A stretch of DNA of 64,000 nt from a virus, in the IMG/VR virus record IMGVR_UViG_3300045988_112808; one strand, written 5' to 3'. Below the pieces are notes generated by a model, which was not told the DNA's origin, made no database searches, and was given only the letters and a program-made list of their open reading frames with translations. The position numbers were made by a program, and so were the translations under genes. Shown here one piece after another: positions 1 through 10,501 of this stretch; position 1 is the stretch's first letter; each line of letters begins with the position of its first letter.

Positions 1-11
1 AACTTATCAAT

Positions 12-3000
12 ATGGCATCTGAGGGAAGTTACAAAGCTGCGTTAAACACTAACATGGATAAGTTTGTAGGTGATCTTGACCAGCAAATAGACATGCTTCT
101 TCCCCATTATTACAAGAAAGAGGTAGAAGATTATAATTTCGGTCAGAAGCTTTTTAAGGATACCGGTAATTTCTTATGGAATGACGTCCTTGGTAATGGT
201 ATGTCTTTTACCGTAGGAGCCATGATATCAGCGTACATGACCGGAGGACTTGGGGTTGGATCATTGGGCAATATAGGCGCTAAATTAGGTGGAAGAATCG
301 GAGCTAAGTTGGCAGCAAGGCAAGCTGCCAATAGGGGCATAGGAAACCTTAAAAGCGTGTTTAACGACTATGTAAGAAAAGGAGTTGCCACCGGAAGAAA
401 TGTAGGGGAGGCGGCTAAGACCATGACGTTGCTGGCTACCAGTGCCGGATTCGAGTCATCGGTTGAAGCAAATTCTTTTATGAAGCAATCCGAGTCTGAT
501 TTCAAGGATTATTATCGTAAGATTTATGGTCGTGATCCCAATGCAGAGGAAATGGCTGTTTTTCGTAATTCTAATGCTGATGTAGGTAGTGCTATATTTG
601 CCGCCAATATGGGTATAGTAGGATTATCCAACTGGCTTCTTTTTGGTAAGTATATAGGGTTAGGAGGCAAGGCTATACCTGGTTTGGAAAAGAAGCTCAA
701 CAAGCATTTATTTGGATTAGGGACGGAAGTTGCGAAGCCGGGAGAGATGGCTATTAAAATAACCAATCCCAATATAGGACAGAAGATAGCAGGCAATGTT
801 TTCAATATCATGAAAAGACCGGTATCTGAAGGATTATGGGAAGAAGGATCTCAAGGTGCTGTCCAGAATACGGCTGAGGAATATGTTAAGTCAAGATATG
901 ACAATGTTGCTATGAACGGGGCCGTTGATGTTCTTGATGCTATTTCTGAAGGATTTAAAAAACAATATACGTCTAAAGAAGGATGGACTGAAATAGGAAT
1001 CGGTGCTATTATCGGTTCTTTGTTTGGTATGAGGGAAGGCCTCTTTGGAGTGAAAGAGTATAGTAATAATCAGATATTGCTGGAAAGGCAAGTAAATGAA
1101 TATAACAAAGCATCTTCTAATCTTAATACGGCGGCTTTGAATACGTTGAAAAAGTCAATGAGTTTAGGGCCTCAAGTTCGTTCCGATGCTCAGTCTATGA
1201 CCGGCAAGGAGCTTGATGATGCAATGTTTGAAAAGATGTCGATTGACAACCAAATGGGAACCTTAGAGGATTCGGCTGAAAATTTCAGGCAGATGGTTGA
1301 TATGATGCCTATTTCGGAAATAGCCGAAGCCAACGGAATGTCTTTGGAAGAGGCAAAGAAATACAAGGATTCTATTATTGATAATTATAATAATCGTCTT
1401 TCGGATTTCAGATCTGCCCAGAGTTTTGCCGAAGATCTTATAGGTGATGATTCTAAGATTGAGTTTAGAAAATACGTGGCTCGTAATGCTTTTCTTGGTC
1501 TTCAATCGGAATCAAGAATGAAAGACATAGCTTCTGTCATAGAAACGCTTTCGGGTCAGCCTCGCGTGGCATATGCACTAAGTACGTTCTCCCGGCTGTC
1601 GGACAGGGCAAGGGAGCGGGCGATGGCTATCCGTGGCATACGGTCAAGGATAGAAGAGCTTGAATCCGAAATAGAAGATCTTGCTACTCGTCCTCGTAAC
1701 GTAGATGGAAAAGACCCACAAGCTGAATCCATACAACGAAAAACCAAAGAATTGGAAGATCTTAGAACCAATTATAACAATTCGTTGTCTGAGTTATCAA
1801 CGTTAATAGGAAAAGAGTTTTCGATAGAAGAGTTGGTAAGTAAAACCGAATCTGTTTTATCATCGCCTCTTTCTCCCATAAGTTCACAAGATGTAATAGA
1901 AGCCTATGATACGCTTGTGGCTTTTGATGATTATTTTAATGTAAAATCAAGACAGGAAAAGAAGTTTACAGCCAAAGACAAAGCCATGAGATCCTTGGTA
2001 AATGAATACCGAAGGAGTTTGATGGACTATAGGAATATGAATAACTTCTTGTCTAAGATGCTTGATAAAAGATTCTTAGCTGAGGAAAACAGGGGATTTT
2101 CAAAAGCGCTGTCTTCTCTATGGTCTACTCCTTATAAGGGGGATGATAAGGTTCCTGATTTTGCAGAGCCTAATAAAGTTGGTGAATATGACACTGATGA
2201 GGTAGTAGATCAAGCTGTGTCAGAAGGTAAGATTTCGGAAGACGAAGCTTGGACTATCAAGGCTTTTATGCATGCTCTTGATAAAGTAAGGGAAGATAGG
2301 ATGAAGGAAGCAGAAGACGATATAAAAGAGTCACCGCTTACGGAGTCTGTATCGGATGAAGATTATGAGGCTGCTATGGATAATCCTATTATGGTTCCGG
2401 TTGTAAGGCAGTCTATAATTGATAAACTATATACAGGTAATGCCGATCTTCTTACTGCGAGAGAAAAAGATGTGTATGATAAATACAAACAAGATTTTGA
2501 TGATTATGTATCGTCTTTAGGTGATAGTCCTGTTAATCTCATTAAATCATTATCTGAAAAGGCTGACAGGCTTACAAGTCCGAGATCAGTATATGAGGAA
2601 AATAAAGCTATTATTGATATGGCTAAGTCTAATTTGGAGCCAGATCAAAGAAAGGAGCTTGATGATGCTATTTCTTCGTATGTTGATATAATGAACAGAC
2701 GGGATAAAGGGGAGAAGGTTGACGAAGATAAGCTTGCCGATTCGGTATTTACCATAGAAGATCTTGGCCAAGTTGGAAACATCACAGATCTCCTTCCTTA
2801 TATCGAACAAAACAGGATTATTGATAAAGGTCGTATTTCCGAATCTACGTTAAGTAATTTTGGGGAGGATGATGCTAATATAGATTCTCTTGTAAATGAG
2901 TTAGACGAATCTGATAATACACCTGGAGCTAACATAGATAGTGCCCAGAATCCAGAGACGTTGATGGTAAGAAGAATCTCCAATGATGGCAATGAAAGGT

Positions 3001-6000
3001 ATGAAATTGCAGGTCTTAGAGCTGATAAATTTATATCTTCTATAAAATCATTGGTTCCTATTCAAATAAGCTCTGAAACGAACGCTAATGGTACTAAAAG
3101 GTATTCTCTTAACATAGGTGGAGAAACGGCTACTATAATTGAACTGCCTTATCATGCGAGATGGTCTATAGACAAAGAATCGGCTCGTGTTCTTAACCGT
3201 TACACAGACGTGTCTATTCAGGACGTGGGTAATTCCTATTCTTTGGTTTATAAGCGTCTTGATTCAGATGAGTTGGTTCCGTACAGAACAGGTGTCGGAT
3301 TTGGAGAGAATGAGGTAGATAAAATAGATCAGGAAGCATTATCTTCTTTGAAAAAAGGAGATAAGGTTAATCTCGAAATAGATGTAAATGATACCTATAA
3401 TCAGTCTCTTTTTGCCGAATACAATGATGCTGTTCAGTCCGGAGATAAAAAAAGAATAGAATCTGCTGAAAATAAACTGGTATCCAATATGGTTATCAAG
3501 GTCATGAGTGGAAACAGATTCGTTTCTGTTGTAAAAGCTGACACAGGGGGCATAGATGGTATAAGTAAGATAAGAAGAGCGGCTTTCAACAAGTGGAAGA
3601 AGGACGCCGGCCGGTCGGCTACCATCGGCGTCGGCACGCATGTTGTTGCCCAGACCCTTCCCGGAAGACCGGTGTTTAACATGAAGGTAAACGGTCAAGG
3701 ATATGGCCAGGTAGAAAATCTCCCCATTACCGAAAAAGGTGCTGAAAAAGTATCTGATGTCGGATATGTATTAAATGGCAAAGTCGTGCTTAAGAACGGA
3801 TCTAAATACACAGGCTTCCCATTTGCTTATTCTATATTAAATGACAAGGGGAATAATTACAAAAATGTAAGAGTTCCGGTAGTTGTCATCAAAGGTAAAA
3901 ACGGTCTTAATTATCTTTTCCCAGTTAGTCTACGTTCTGTAGAATCAGAGGAAGGGCAGAAATGGATGTCTTTTATAGATATGCTACTTGAATCTGGTGA
4001 TTCTGAATTGCTACAGATGGGTCAAGATGATATACAAGATCTTAATGCGTATCTAACCAAGTTAGGTCTTGATCCGGCTTCGTATCAAGTATCGTATTTG
4101 AATCCTATTTCAGGTCTTAGAAAAGCTCGTGAGGCTATAGAAGAATTATCTACAGTTCCTGATGTTGTTAAGTGGGTAGAAGATGGAAGTAGGAGCGTGA
4201 AAGACATTGTGACGTCTGAAGTAGAATCTGGAATAGATTTCGAAGGTGAGATGTTTGTTGCTCCTAAGATCAGGATCCAGTTTGGTAAATCATCTTCAAG
4301 ACCTAAATCACTTATAGAGGATGATCTTCCTTTCTCTGATGAGGGTAAGACCGTTACTTCTAAGGAAGACGTGGAAGTTTATGAAGAGGAAATGCCAGAG
4401 GAAGGGGCTGCCCGGGAGACTCAGCCGGCGCCATTAGCTCAGCCGGCTCCTGCGGCACAAGATGCGCAGTCTTTACCTGGCAAGAAGCGTACCTCCAGGA
4501 AAAACTTCTCTCTTATGTTAAACGAAATAGAATCTCATATAGAAAAAGAGGGATTGCCGCCTTATGCTAATATTTTTGATTTTATAGCAAGGAAGATTGT
4601 AGGAGGTGATTTGAGGTTTCTTCGTGAGAGAGGTAATCCTAAAAGCCTTAAGGAGGAAATGGGATTAGAACCTAAAGGAACAGTAGGTGATAAAATATCC
4701 ACTCCTTCCGGTAAAGGTGGTAAGACTTTAGAAGAATACGTTTCTTGGCTTCGTTCTCAAACAGATCAGGTAGTCGAGGATTATGTTGGGCCAAGATCTG
4801 ACGAACAAATTATATCAGAGTTGAAAAACTTTTTGAAATATATTAATTTTGTTCCAAGCAAGGCTTTGAATTATTCTCTTAGAGTCAATGGCATGGATAC
4901 CCTAAAAGAATATGGCACAAAAGAGGAAGTAGAAAAAATGGAATCTGATATCAATAGTTTGGTTTCTAAAGTTTTGCCTACGATGGACAACCAAACTATA
5001 GAAGATGTTTCTACTGTAATAAAATCAAACAACTTGCCCGCCATATGGGGGCCCGTGGAAAGCCTTGATATGACAAACGAGGAAAAAATAGAGTTTTTGA
5101 ATAACGTAGCAGATTTCCTTAGCGGCATACCAGAGTATGATGCTGTCGTGGAGTCTATAGAGTCAGAATCAGATAATATTTTAAATGATGGAAAAGAAGG
5201 AAGTGCAGAAGGCGGTGCAGTACGCACTGAGGAAGATGGCGATAAAAAGGGAGATGGAGAAGGCAAAGGACAATCCAGAACAAATGTCGAAGTTGAAAGA
5301 AATGTCGAATTACCTGGATCTGAAGAAGGAAGAGTAGATAACTATAGGAAGAACGGAGATAAGTTCTCTGACATTGCTGAAGTTACTTTATGGCTACTTA
5401 GAAGGGCTGCCGGCATAACCTCTATCCCGGAAGGAGAAGAGGCTTATGTAGAGGGAGATGAGGTTAATAGTATTATGACCGATATGGAATCAAGGTATGG
5501 TATAGACACCATCAATCACTCGCATACGACTAAGGCTATAAGGGATCTTAACGGCGTATCAGGTTATAAAGTAGAATACGGCTTAACCTTTTTGACATAC
5601 GATCCTTTTATTAGAATATCCAATCTAAGGAAAGGATCTAAGGCTGCGAAAGACGAACCTCGTATATCCGAAGAGTCGCTTACTCACATATCAAGGGTGA
5701 CAACCCCTTATTTCCTGTACGGCGGCGATGAAGCATATACATCTGTTCCGGCTAAGGTAGAACCTATACCGGAGAAGATAATGGGTCGTAATGGCATTAA
5801 ATTTGGTATGAGTGTAGTCGAGTTAACCAAATTAGGGTACAAAAAAGCTGGTGGAAACTGGATATATAAATTCTATATGAACTCAGGTGTGTATGATTTG
5901 TATAATATCAGTACCGGTGAAGCGTTTAGGGCAAAACCGGATCTTGGAGTTAAGATAAGTTCCAGTGCATTCATCCGCTCTTTATCTCAATCTGGTAGAA

Positions 6001-6113
6001 AAATACAAAATATGATGAGTAACATGAGTCAGGAAGAGATAGATAGGAATAAGAATCTTGTAGAAGGTTCTGATAATTCGGATTCGATAAATGAGTTAAA
6101 TAAAGAGTGTTGA
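12..6113 (+). CDS. giant virion-associated protein (2033 aa), function unknown; candidate ejected/cargo or tail-channel protein
   Basis: Uninterrupted 6.1 kb ORF in the + strand structural block; N-terminal Gly-rich hydrophobic segment (GGLGVGSLGNIGAKLGGRIGAKL), long coiled-coil-like stretches, low-complexity QPAPLAQPAPAAQ; no recognisable catalytic motif found by eye. Confidence 0.5.
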   Translation: MASEGSYKAALNTNMDKFVGDLDQQIDMLLPHYYKKEVEDYNFGQKLFKDTGNFLWNDVLGNGMSFTVGAMISAYMTGGLGVGSLGNIGAKLGGRIGAKLAARQAANRGIGNLKSVFNDYVRKGVATGRNVGEAAKTMTLLATSAGFESSVEANSFMKQSESDFKDYYRKIYGRDPNAEEMAVFRNSNADVGSAIFAANMGIVGLSNWLLFGKYIGLGGKAIPGLEKKLNKHLFGLGTEVAKPGEMAIKITNPNIGQKIAGNVFNIMKRPVSEGLWEEGSQGAVQNTAEEYVKSRYDNVAMNGAVDVLDAISEGFKKQYTSKEGWTEIGIGAIIGSLFGMREGLFGVKEYSNNQILLERQVNEYNKASSNLNTAALNTLKKSMSLGPQVRSDAQSMTGKELDDAMFEKMSIDNQMGTLEDSAENFRQMVDMMPISEIAEANGMSLEEAKKYKDSIIDNYNNRLSDFRSAQSFAEDLIGDDSKIEFRKYVARNAFLGLQSESRMKDIASVIETLSGQPRVAYALSTFSRLSDRARERAMAIRGIRSRIEELESEIEDLATRPRNVDGKDPQAESIQRKTKELEDLRTNYNNSLSELSTLIGKEFSIEELVSKTESVLSSPLSPISSQDVIEAYDTLVAFDDYFNVKSRQEKKFTAKDKAMRSLVNEYRRSLMDYRNMNNFLSKMLDKRFLAEENRGFSKALSSLWSTPYKGDDKVPDFAEPNKVGEYDTDEVVDQAVSEGKISEDEAWTIKAFMHALDKVREDRMKEAEDDIKESPLTESVSDEDYEAAMDNPIMVPVVRQSIIDKLYTGNADLLTAREKDVYDKYKQDFDDYVSSLGDSPVNLIKSLSEKADRLTSPRSVYEENKAIIDMAKSNLEPDQRKELDDAISSYVDIMNRRDKGEKVDEDKLADSVFTIEDLGQVGNITDLLPYIEQNRIIDKGRISESTLSNFGEDDANIDSLVNELDESDNTPGANIDSAQNPETLMVRRISNDGNERYEIAGLRADKFISSIKSLVPIQISSETNANGTKRYSLNIGGETATIIELPYHARWSIDKESARVLNRYTDVSIQDVGNSYSLVYKRLDSDELVPYRTGVGFGENEVDKIDQEALSSLKKGDKVNLEIDVNDTYNQSLFAEYNDAVQSGDKKRIESAENKLVSNMVIKVMSGNRFVSVVKADTGGIDGISKIRRAAFNKWKKDAGRSATIGVGTHVVAQTLPGRPVFNMKVNGQGYGQVENLPITEKGAEKVSDVGYVLNGKVVLKNGSKYTGFPFAYSILNDKGNNYKNVRVPVVVIKGKNGLNYLFPVSLRSVESEEGQKWMSFIDMLLESGDSELLQMGQDDIQDLNAYLTKLGLDPASYQVSYLNPISGLRKAREAIEELSTVPDVVKWVEDGSRSVKDIVTSEVESGIDFEGEMFVAPKIRIQFGKSSSRPKSLIEDDLPFSDEGKTVTSKEDVEVYEEEMPEEGAARETQPAPLAQPAPAAQDAQSLPGKKRTSRKNFSLMLNEIESHIEKEGLPPYANIFDFIARKIVGGDLRFLRERGNPKSLKEEMGLEPKGTVGDKISTPSGKGGKTLEEYVSWLRSQTDQVVEDYVGPRSDEQIISELKNFLKYINFVPSKALNYSLRVNGMDTLKEYGTKEEVEKMESDINSLVSKVLPTMDNQTIEDVSTVIKSNNLPAIWGPVESLDMTNEEKIEFLNNVADFLSGIPEYDAVVESIESESDNILNDGKEGSAEGGAVRTEEDGDKKGDGEGKGQSRTNVEVERNVELPGSEEGRVDNYRKNGDKFSDIAEVTLWLLRRAAGITSIPEGEEAYVEGDEVNSIMTDMESRYGIDTINHSHTTKAIRDLNGVSGYKVEYGLTFLTYDPFIRISNLRKGSKAAKDEPRISEESLTHISRVTTPYFLYGGDEAYTSVPAKVEPIPEKIMGRNGIKFGMSVVELTKLGYKKAGGNWIYKFYMNSGVYDLYNISTGEAFRAKPDLGVKISSSAFIRSLSQSGRKIQNMMSNMSQEEIDRNKNLVEGSDNSDSINELNKEC

Positions 6114-6115
6114 GT

Positions 6116-6646
6116 ATGAGAAGGAGATTTTTTAATGCTGCGGATAATTTCGTGGGAGGATGTTATAATAAGTTATCTAATGAGGATATAAAAAGGCTTG
6201 GAGGGAAAAGACCTTATGTATGTCAGTTTAATAAAATTCATGTACATATAGGACCTGTGTTAAAAGATCATGATTCTGATGTTAGTTACATAATGTTTAA
6301 TAGTTATTGGAATCAGGGTGGTTATGAATCTATGGTTTATAATCATAGCAATAATGGTATTTTTATATTAGGTGAAAACAAAATTGGTAACATAGAAGAT
6401 CATATACAAGATCTAACATATTGGTACGAATATGATCCAAGCATTAATGAAAATTATTGTTATTTTTATTATGAGGCTAATAACAGCGGAAATGCTATCA
6501 AGTTGAATGGTGAGTTTGGTGAGACCAGTACTGTTTTCAACATTCCCAGCTTGGAAGTCACCACTCTTCGTGATGGCAGTTTGAGTTTTCCGGAGATTTA
6601 TATAGAAGGAATTTGGGATCCGTCATTGTATAAGTCGGTTTTATAA
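6116..6646 (+). CDS. tail fibre/receptor-binding-like protein, MRRRF N-terminus family (paralog 1)
   Basis: Track ORF 6107-6646 begins with GTG; first ATG at ~6116 gives MRRRFFNAADNF, matching N-termini of 20542 and 21164 genes; immediately follows giant ORF stop. Confidence 0.4.
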   Translation: MRRRFFNAADNFVGGCYNKLSNEDIKRLGGKRPYVCQFNKIHVHIGPVLKDHDSDVSYIMFNSYWNQGGYESMVYNHSNNGIFILGENKIGNIEDHIQDLTYWYEYDPSINENYCYFYYEANNSGNAIKLNGEFGETSTVFNIPSLEVTTLRDGSLSFPEIYIEGIWDPSLYKSVL

Positions 6647-6672
6647 TTAACTTTGCAAAAAAGTTAATTACA

Positions 6673-8928
6673 ATGGGTGTCAAATGTCAGATAGAAAAAA
6701 AGGAAAATGAAATAAAACGGGTTAAGGCTCCTAACGGGGAGCCTTCCGTTCTTTACGAAAGTGCCTTAAAATTATTAGGAAACAGCGAGCGGGCTCTTCA
6801 GGTATGGGCTAAGGCTTACACTCTTGGTTTTTTGTCGTATTACGGTCATTGGAATAACCCGGCTCCAGGGGAGATGTTTAACACCGATCCCAATGGCGAA
6901 CCTCTTTTAGAAGACGTGCTGTCGTATATGAAGCGTCAGGCTTATTTTTCCGATCCCTTAACGGCTCAGGATGTTAAGGATGTAAGAGATGTTATGATAT
7001 CCAATTCCATATATAGCATACGATCTCTTATTAATAGAGTTAGAGGCTCTTTTTATGTGGATGGTAATCTTATCCTAAATGAAGAAAATCTAAGGAGATC
7101 CGGCTTGTACAATGAGACAGAGATAAGTAGGATATTAGATAATCCTTCTGTACTTAATGAGGTCAGCTCTTTTATGAGGTTATTATTAGATTATTCCAAT
7201 AACGAACACGATCTCGGGAAAGAGTCTTACTTCACAACCGTAGAAAAACCATACGGTCCTGTTGTGTATAAAAATGGCGTCTTCAATAAATTAGGAAAGA
7301 GAGCATCATATAATCCGGCTGAAGTTTACGAGGTTATAAAAAATACAGTAGGAGGTATTAGTGTTGCTTCAGAGTTTGATGCTGCTTTCGAATCTTTATC
7401 TGATTCATATCCGGAGTTAGTTGAAAGATATCAGTCGGATAAGAGTTTTGCCTTGTCGCTGTTCAACGAATTTTCGAATATGAACATCGTTCCGGTTGTG
7501 GCTTTAGAAGATAATAATATCGTAGAAGGGAAGAGACGGTCATTGTCAAAGTTGCAAGATTATGCTTATTATAGCCCTATTAATGCTGAGTCATTACGGG
7601 CTCGTATATCAGCCTTTCTAAATAGGGTTAATGCTGATACAGAAGAAGACCTTAGAAGTATGATATGGGACGTAGAAGAGGCTTGTGTAGGTCTTGGTAT
7701 AGATATCGTAGGGGCGTCTAAAGCATACGACGGAACAGAAGAATCGCTGAATAAAATTGATAGCTTGATGTTGGATCTCGATATTTATGTAGCAAGGCAC
7801 AACGATGACACTTATGCTCCTACCTTAGCTTCTGCTATTGATAATGTTCTTGGAGATAGCAGGGATCGCCGTGTTATGTTTCTGCCAGAGTATATGGATA
7901 ATATGAATATCGTTTATATGGAATCTGACATAGATCCGGTATCGGCATTTGAAAATCATTCTCTGCTTTATCTTGGTGGAAACCTATATCATAAGGTAGA
8001 AAGAGATAATTTAGGTGATTTGTACGATATAGCTGCCGAGCTTGCCAAGCGGAGTCTAACTTATTTCCCACCTGGTATCTATCCTGAATATTGTTTTAAG
8101 GATGGTGTTTTAGATAAGCGCCGCGTGGAAAACGTAGATAGTAAGGTCCTTGCTGATTCTATTAAAAAATACATCCTGTCTTATACCGATTCTCAGAATA
8201 CGGAAGAGATGAATGCTACCAGATTGGCGTTCGGTCATCTTGTTATTCCTGAAAGTCCGTATGTTAATGAAGAACGGGAGTTTAGCCGATACATAAACAG
8301 AAAGCAGGACAAAGAGAATCCTTTACTCTTATTCGATTTATACCAATCTTATCTTGAAAATAAGCTTCATAATACGGAAGTGTATGAAGGGGCATACAAG
8401 TATCTTGATTTCAAACCGGATCATTTGCTGGGTCTTACCGTTTCAGATCCGGATACGTTAAAACAAATTGAACTATCTTTGGCAGGTAATGATCGTGAGC
8501 AGTTATTTGAGTATAGCATGAGCAGCACCGATCCTTCTTTTACAGATCTGTTCTATTTGGATTATTATGATATGTTATATGCCGGTTCTGATTTCTATCA
8601 CGATCTTTTTACAAAACATCCTAATCTCTTAAATGAGGTTCGGGGTCATAACATAACTAATCAGGATGATAATGTTATCGTAGAAGGTTTGTATGATAAT
8701 TTTATCAGAATAGGAAACATAGTGTTCACTAAAGTCGGCGAAAGTAGTTCCGGCTCTATCTACCAAAATCTGACAGGAACCGAATCGGAGGTGAAATACG
8801 ATTCTACTCAGAAGGCTAAGACGGTAGAAACCGATTACGCTCCATACCAAAACAGATCTGGCTTGACGCAAGATATGATCGTAAGCAAGTCTGAATTGGA
8901 TGATCTTAACAAATTAGAATGCAAATAA
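6673..8928 (+). CDS. hypothetical structural protein (751 aa)
   Basis: Long ORF in structural block, codon usage like neighbours; no motif recognised. Confidence 0.5.
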   Translation: MGVKCQIEKKENEIKRVKAPNGEPSVLYESALKLLGNSERALQVWAKAYTLGFLSYYGHWNNPAPGEMFNTDPNGEPLLEDVLSYMKRQAYFSDPLTAQDVKDVRDVMISNSIYSIRSLINRVRGSFYVDGNLILNEENLRRSGLYNETEISRILDNPSVLNEVSSFMRLLLDYSNNEHDLGKESYFTTVEKPYGPVVYKNGVFNKLGKRASYNPAEVYEVIKNTVGGISVASEFDAAFESLSDSYPELVERYQSDKSFALSLFNEFSNMNIVPVVALEDNNIVEGKRRSLSKLQDYAYYSPINAESLRARISAFLNRVNADTEEDLRSMIWDVEEACVGLGIDIVGASKAYDGTEESLNKIDSLMLDLDIYVARHNDDTYAPTLASAIDNVLGDSRDRRVMFLPEYMDNMNIVYMESDIDPVSAFENHSLLYLGGNLYHKVERDNLGDLYDIAAELAKRSLTYFPPGIYPEYCFKDGVLDKRRVENVDSKVLADSIKKYILSYTDSQNTEEMNATRLAFGHLVIPESPYVNEEREFSRYINRKQDKENPLLLFDLYQSYLENKLHNTEVYEGAYKYLDFKPDHLLGLTVSDPDTLKQIELSLAGNDREQLFEYSMSSTDPSFTDLFYLDYYDMLYAGSDFYHDLFTKHPNLLNEVRGHNITNQDDNVIVEGLYDNFIRIGNIVFTKVGESSSGSIYQNLTGTESEVKYDSTQKAKTVETDYAPYQNRSGLTQDMIVSKSELDDLNKLECK

Positions 8929-9431
8929 TTTTTGTACACATATATAGTTTTTTTATAATTACAATTTGGGAAGTGGGGCTTGTGAAAGTCTCACTTTTCT
9001 TATATATGCACGTATATCAATAACATACAAGAAAAGTTAGATTTTCATTGTTTATGAATTATTTTTGTTAAGTTTGCAATATTAGTTTCAGGAAGGGATT
9101 ATGGAAATAAGGAAAAAGTAAGAACCGAACGTAACTAATAACAGTAGGAAATGAGAATCAGTACCATCAAACGTAACAACAGCATTCATCTTATGTATAA
9201 AAACATTATGAATGATTTAGGTCAATTAAGAACTGTAGTTTCAAAATCCTATATTTATAATCTGATACAAAATCAAACCGGATTAAGTATCAGAACTATA
9301 TCCCATGTCTTGAATCACACAAAAGAACAGGATACAGATTCTTTGTGAAAGGCATACATTTTCCTACATTTGTGTGTTCTTTAGTTTTTAGATTTAAGTT
9401 TTTCATGGTATTAGTTTAGATTAGTGTAGAT

Positions 9432-9466
9432 CAGGGCTCGCAGTGATGCGGGCCCTGGTTTGATTT
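9432..9466 (+). terminator. rho-independent terminator-like hairpin
   Basis: cagggctcgc-agtgat-gcgggccctg 10-bp stem (one G-U) followed by gtttgattt. Confidence 0.45.
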
Positions 9467-9635
9467 AAAAAGTATTAAAATATTTGCTATTTAAAATCCT
9501 GTTCCTATCTTTGCTCCAGAAACAATGAACAACGAGATCCCACCTCTGGTTGTTTGATGTTGAAAGATATTTTTGGCTCATTAGGGTTTGTCATAGTGGG
9601 ATCTGACATTCTCTTTTGGGCCTATTTTTTTTATC

Positions 9636-10202
9636 ATGGATAAAGTTTCTGTTTTTGAAAGTTCGGATTTTGGAGAGCTTAGAATTATTGTAGATCCAAA
9701 AGGAGATGTTTGGTTTGTGGCGTCAGATGTGGCTAAATCTCTTGGATATATAAATGCTAAAGATGCGGTAAAAAGACATGTAGATGATGATGATTCTATG
9801 CTTTTGCAAGTATCTGATAATCAATGGGGCGTAAAACGATCTATATTGAAAACCAGATATATAGATAGTATAAGAATAATTAATGAATCTGGTTTATATT
9901 CTCTTATATTATCTTCAAAATTAGAGTCTGCTAAGAGATTTAAGAAATGGGTAACATCTGAGGTTCTTCCTTCTATTCGTAAAACAGGAGAATATAAAAC
10001 AAGTTCCGGTGGAAAGGGAATTTTGGTCCCTGACTTTTCTAATCCGGCAGATGCAGCAAGAGCCTGGGCTGATCAATATGAAGCTGCTCAAAAAGCTATA
10101 GCCGAAAAGTCGCAGGCAGAGGCAGAAGCCGGCGTTCTGATGGGACGTACATGGGGTACGGTGGTGGTATTTACGACCATTACGGTATGCATGAGAAGAT
10201 GA
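9636..10202 (+). CDS. Bro-N domain protein (antirepressor-like)
   Basis: FESSDFGELRIIVDPKGDVWFVASDVAKSLGYINAKDAVKRHVDDDD matches Bro-N consensus (IR...G.PWFVA.DVA.aLGY.n...Ai..h.d.d). Confidence 0.65.
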   Translation: MDKVSVFESSDFGELRIIVDPKGDVWFVASDVAKSLGYINAKDAVKRHVDDDDSMLLQVSDNQWGVKRSILKTRYIDSIRIINESGLYSLILSSKLESAKRFKKWVTSEVLPSIRKTGEYKTSSGGKGILVPDFSNPADAARAWADQYEAAQKAIAEKSQAEAEAGVLMGRTWGTVVVFTTITVCMRR

Positions 10203-10408
10203 AGGAAATGGAAGAGCGAGAAAACGAGCTGGAAGAAAGGGAAAGAAGGCTCGAAGAGCGCGAACGTCGTCATGAAATGGAAGACCGGGAATACCGGAGG
10301 ATGGGTTACGAATCCTACCCGACCGATTACTATGGAGACGACAGATACTACGGTGACGGACCTCAGATGCGCAGAGGTCGCGGACGTGGCAGAGGTCGTT
10401 CTTATTGA
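10151..10408 (+). CDS. low-complexity Glu/Arg-rich peptide with RGRGRGRG tail; possible frameshift extension of Bro-N protein
   Basis: ORF overlaps 3' end of Bro-N gene in another frame; EERENELEERERRLEERERRHEMEDREYRR then RRGRGRGRGRSY. Confidence 0.25.
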   Translation: MGYGGGIYDHYGMHEKMKEMEERENELEERERRLEERERRHEMEDREYRRMGYESYPTDYYGDDRYYGDGPQMRRGRGRGRGRSY

Positions 10409-10501
10409 GGAGCAGACGCAGAGGATCCAGCTTATCAGAAATATGTAGATACTTACGGCTACCATTTTTCTAATGCTCTCGCTGATGAGGCGGTAAAGAA
10501 G

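Noticed and set aside
4439-4453. Identical GC-rich 15-mer tcagccggctcctgc shared between giant ORF 1 (4439-4453) and the primase gene (38631-38645)
   Set aside because: It occurs in different strands and frames of unrelated coding sequences, and about one to two such matches are expected by chance in 64 kb. It is probably coincidental, though GC-rich 15-mers are rarer than average.
143-5266. Antisense ORFs inside giant ORF 1 (143-340, 524-811, 891-1091, 1263-1505, 1556-1771, 2586-2992, 3339-3698, 4871-5266)
   Set aside because: All lie opposite an uninterrupted 6.1 kb coding frame, have odd composition (Ile/Phe/Ser-rich from the AT-rich antisense strand) and no operon context. They are spurious, as are the equivalent antisense ORFs inside 13914-20327 and inside - strand genes.
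9151-9348. 65-aa + strand ORF in the AT-rich spacer after 6673-8928
   Set aside because: It has Asn/Ile-rich composition typical of random AT-rich sequence, no coupling to neighbours and sits in an obvious intergenic region.
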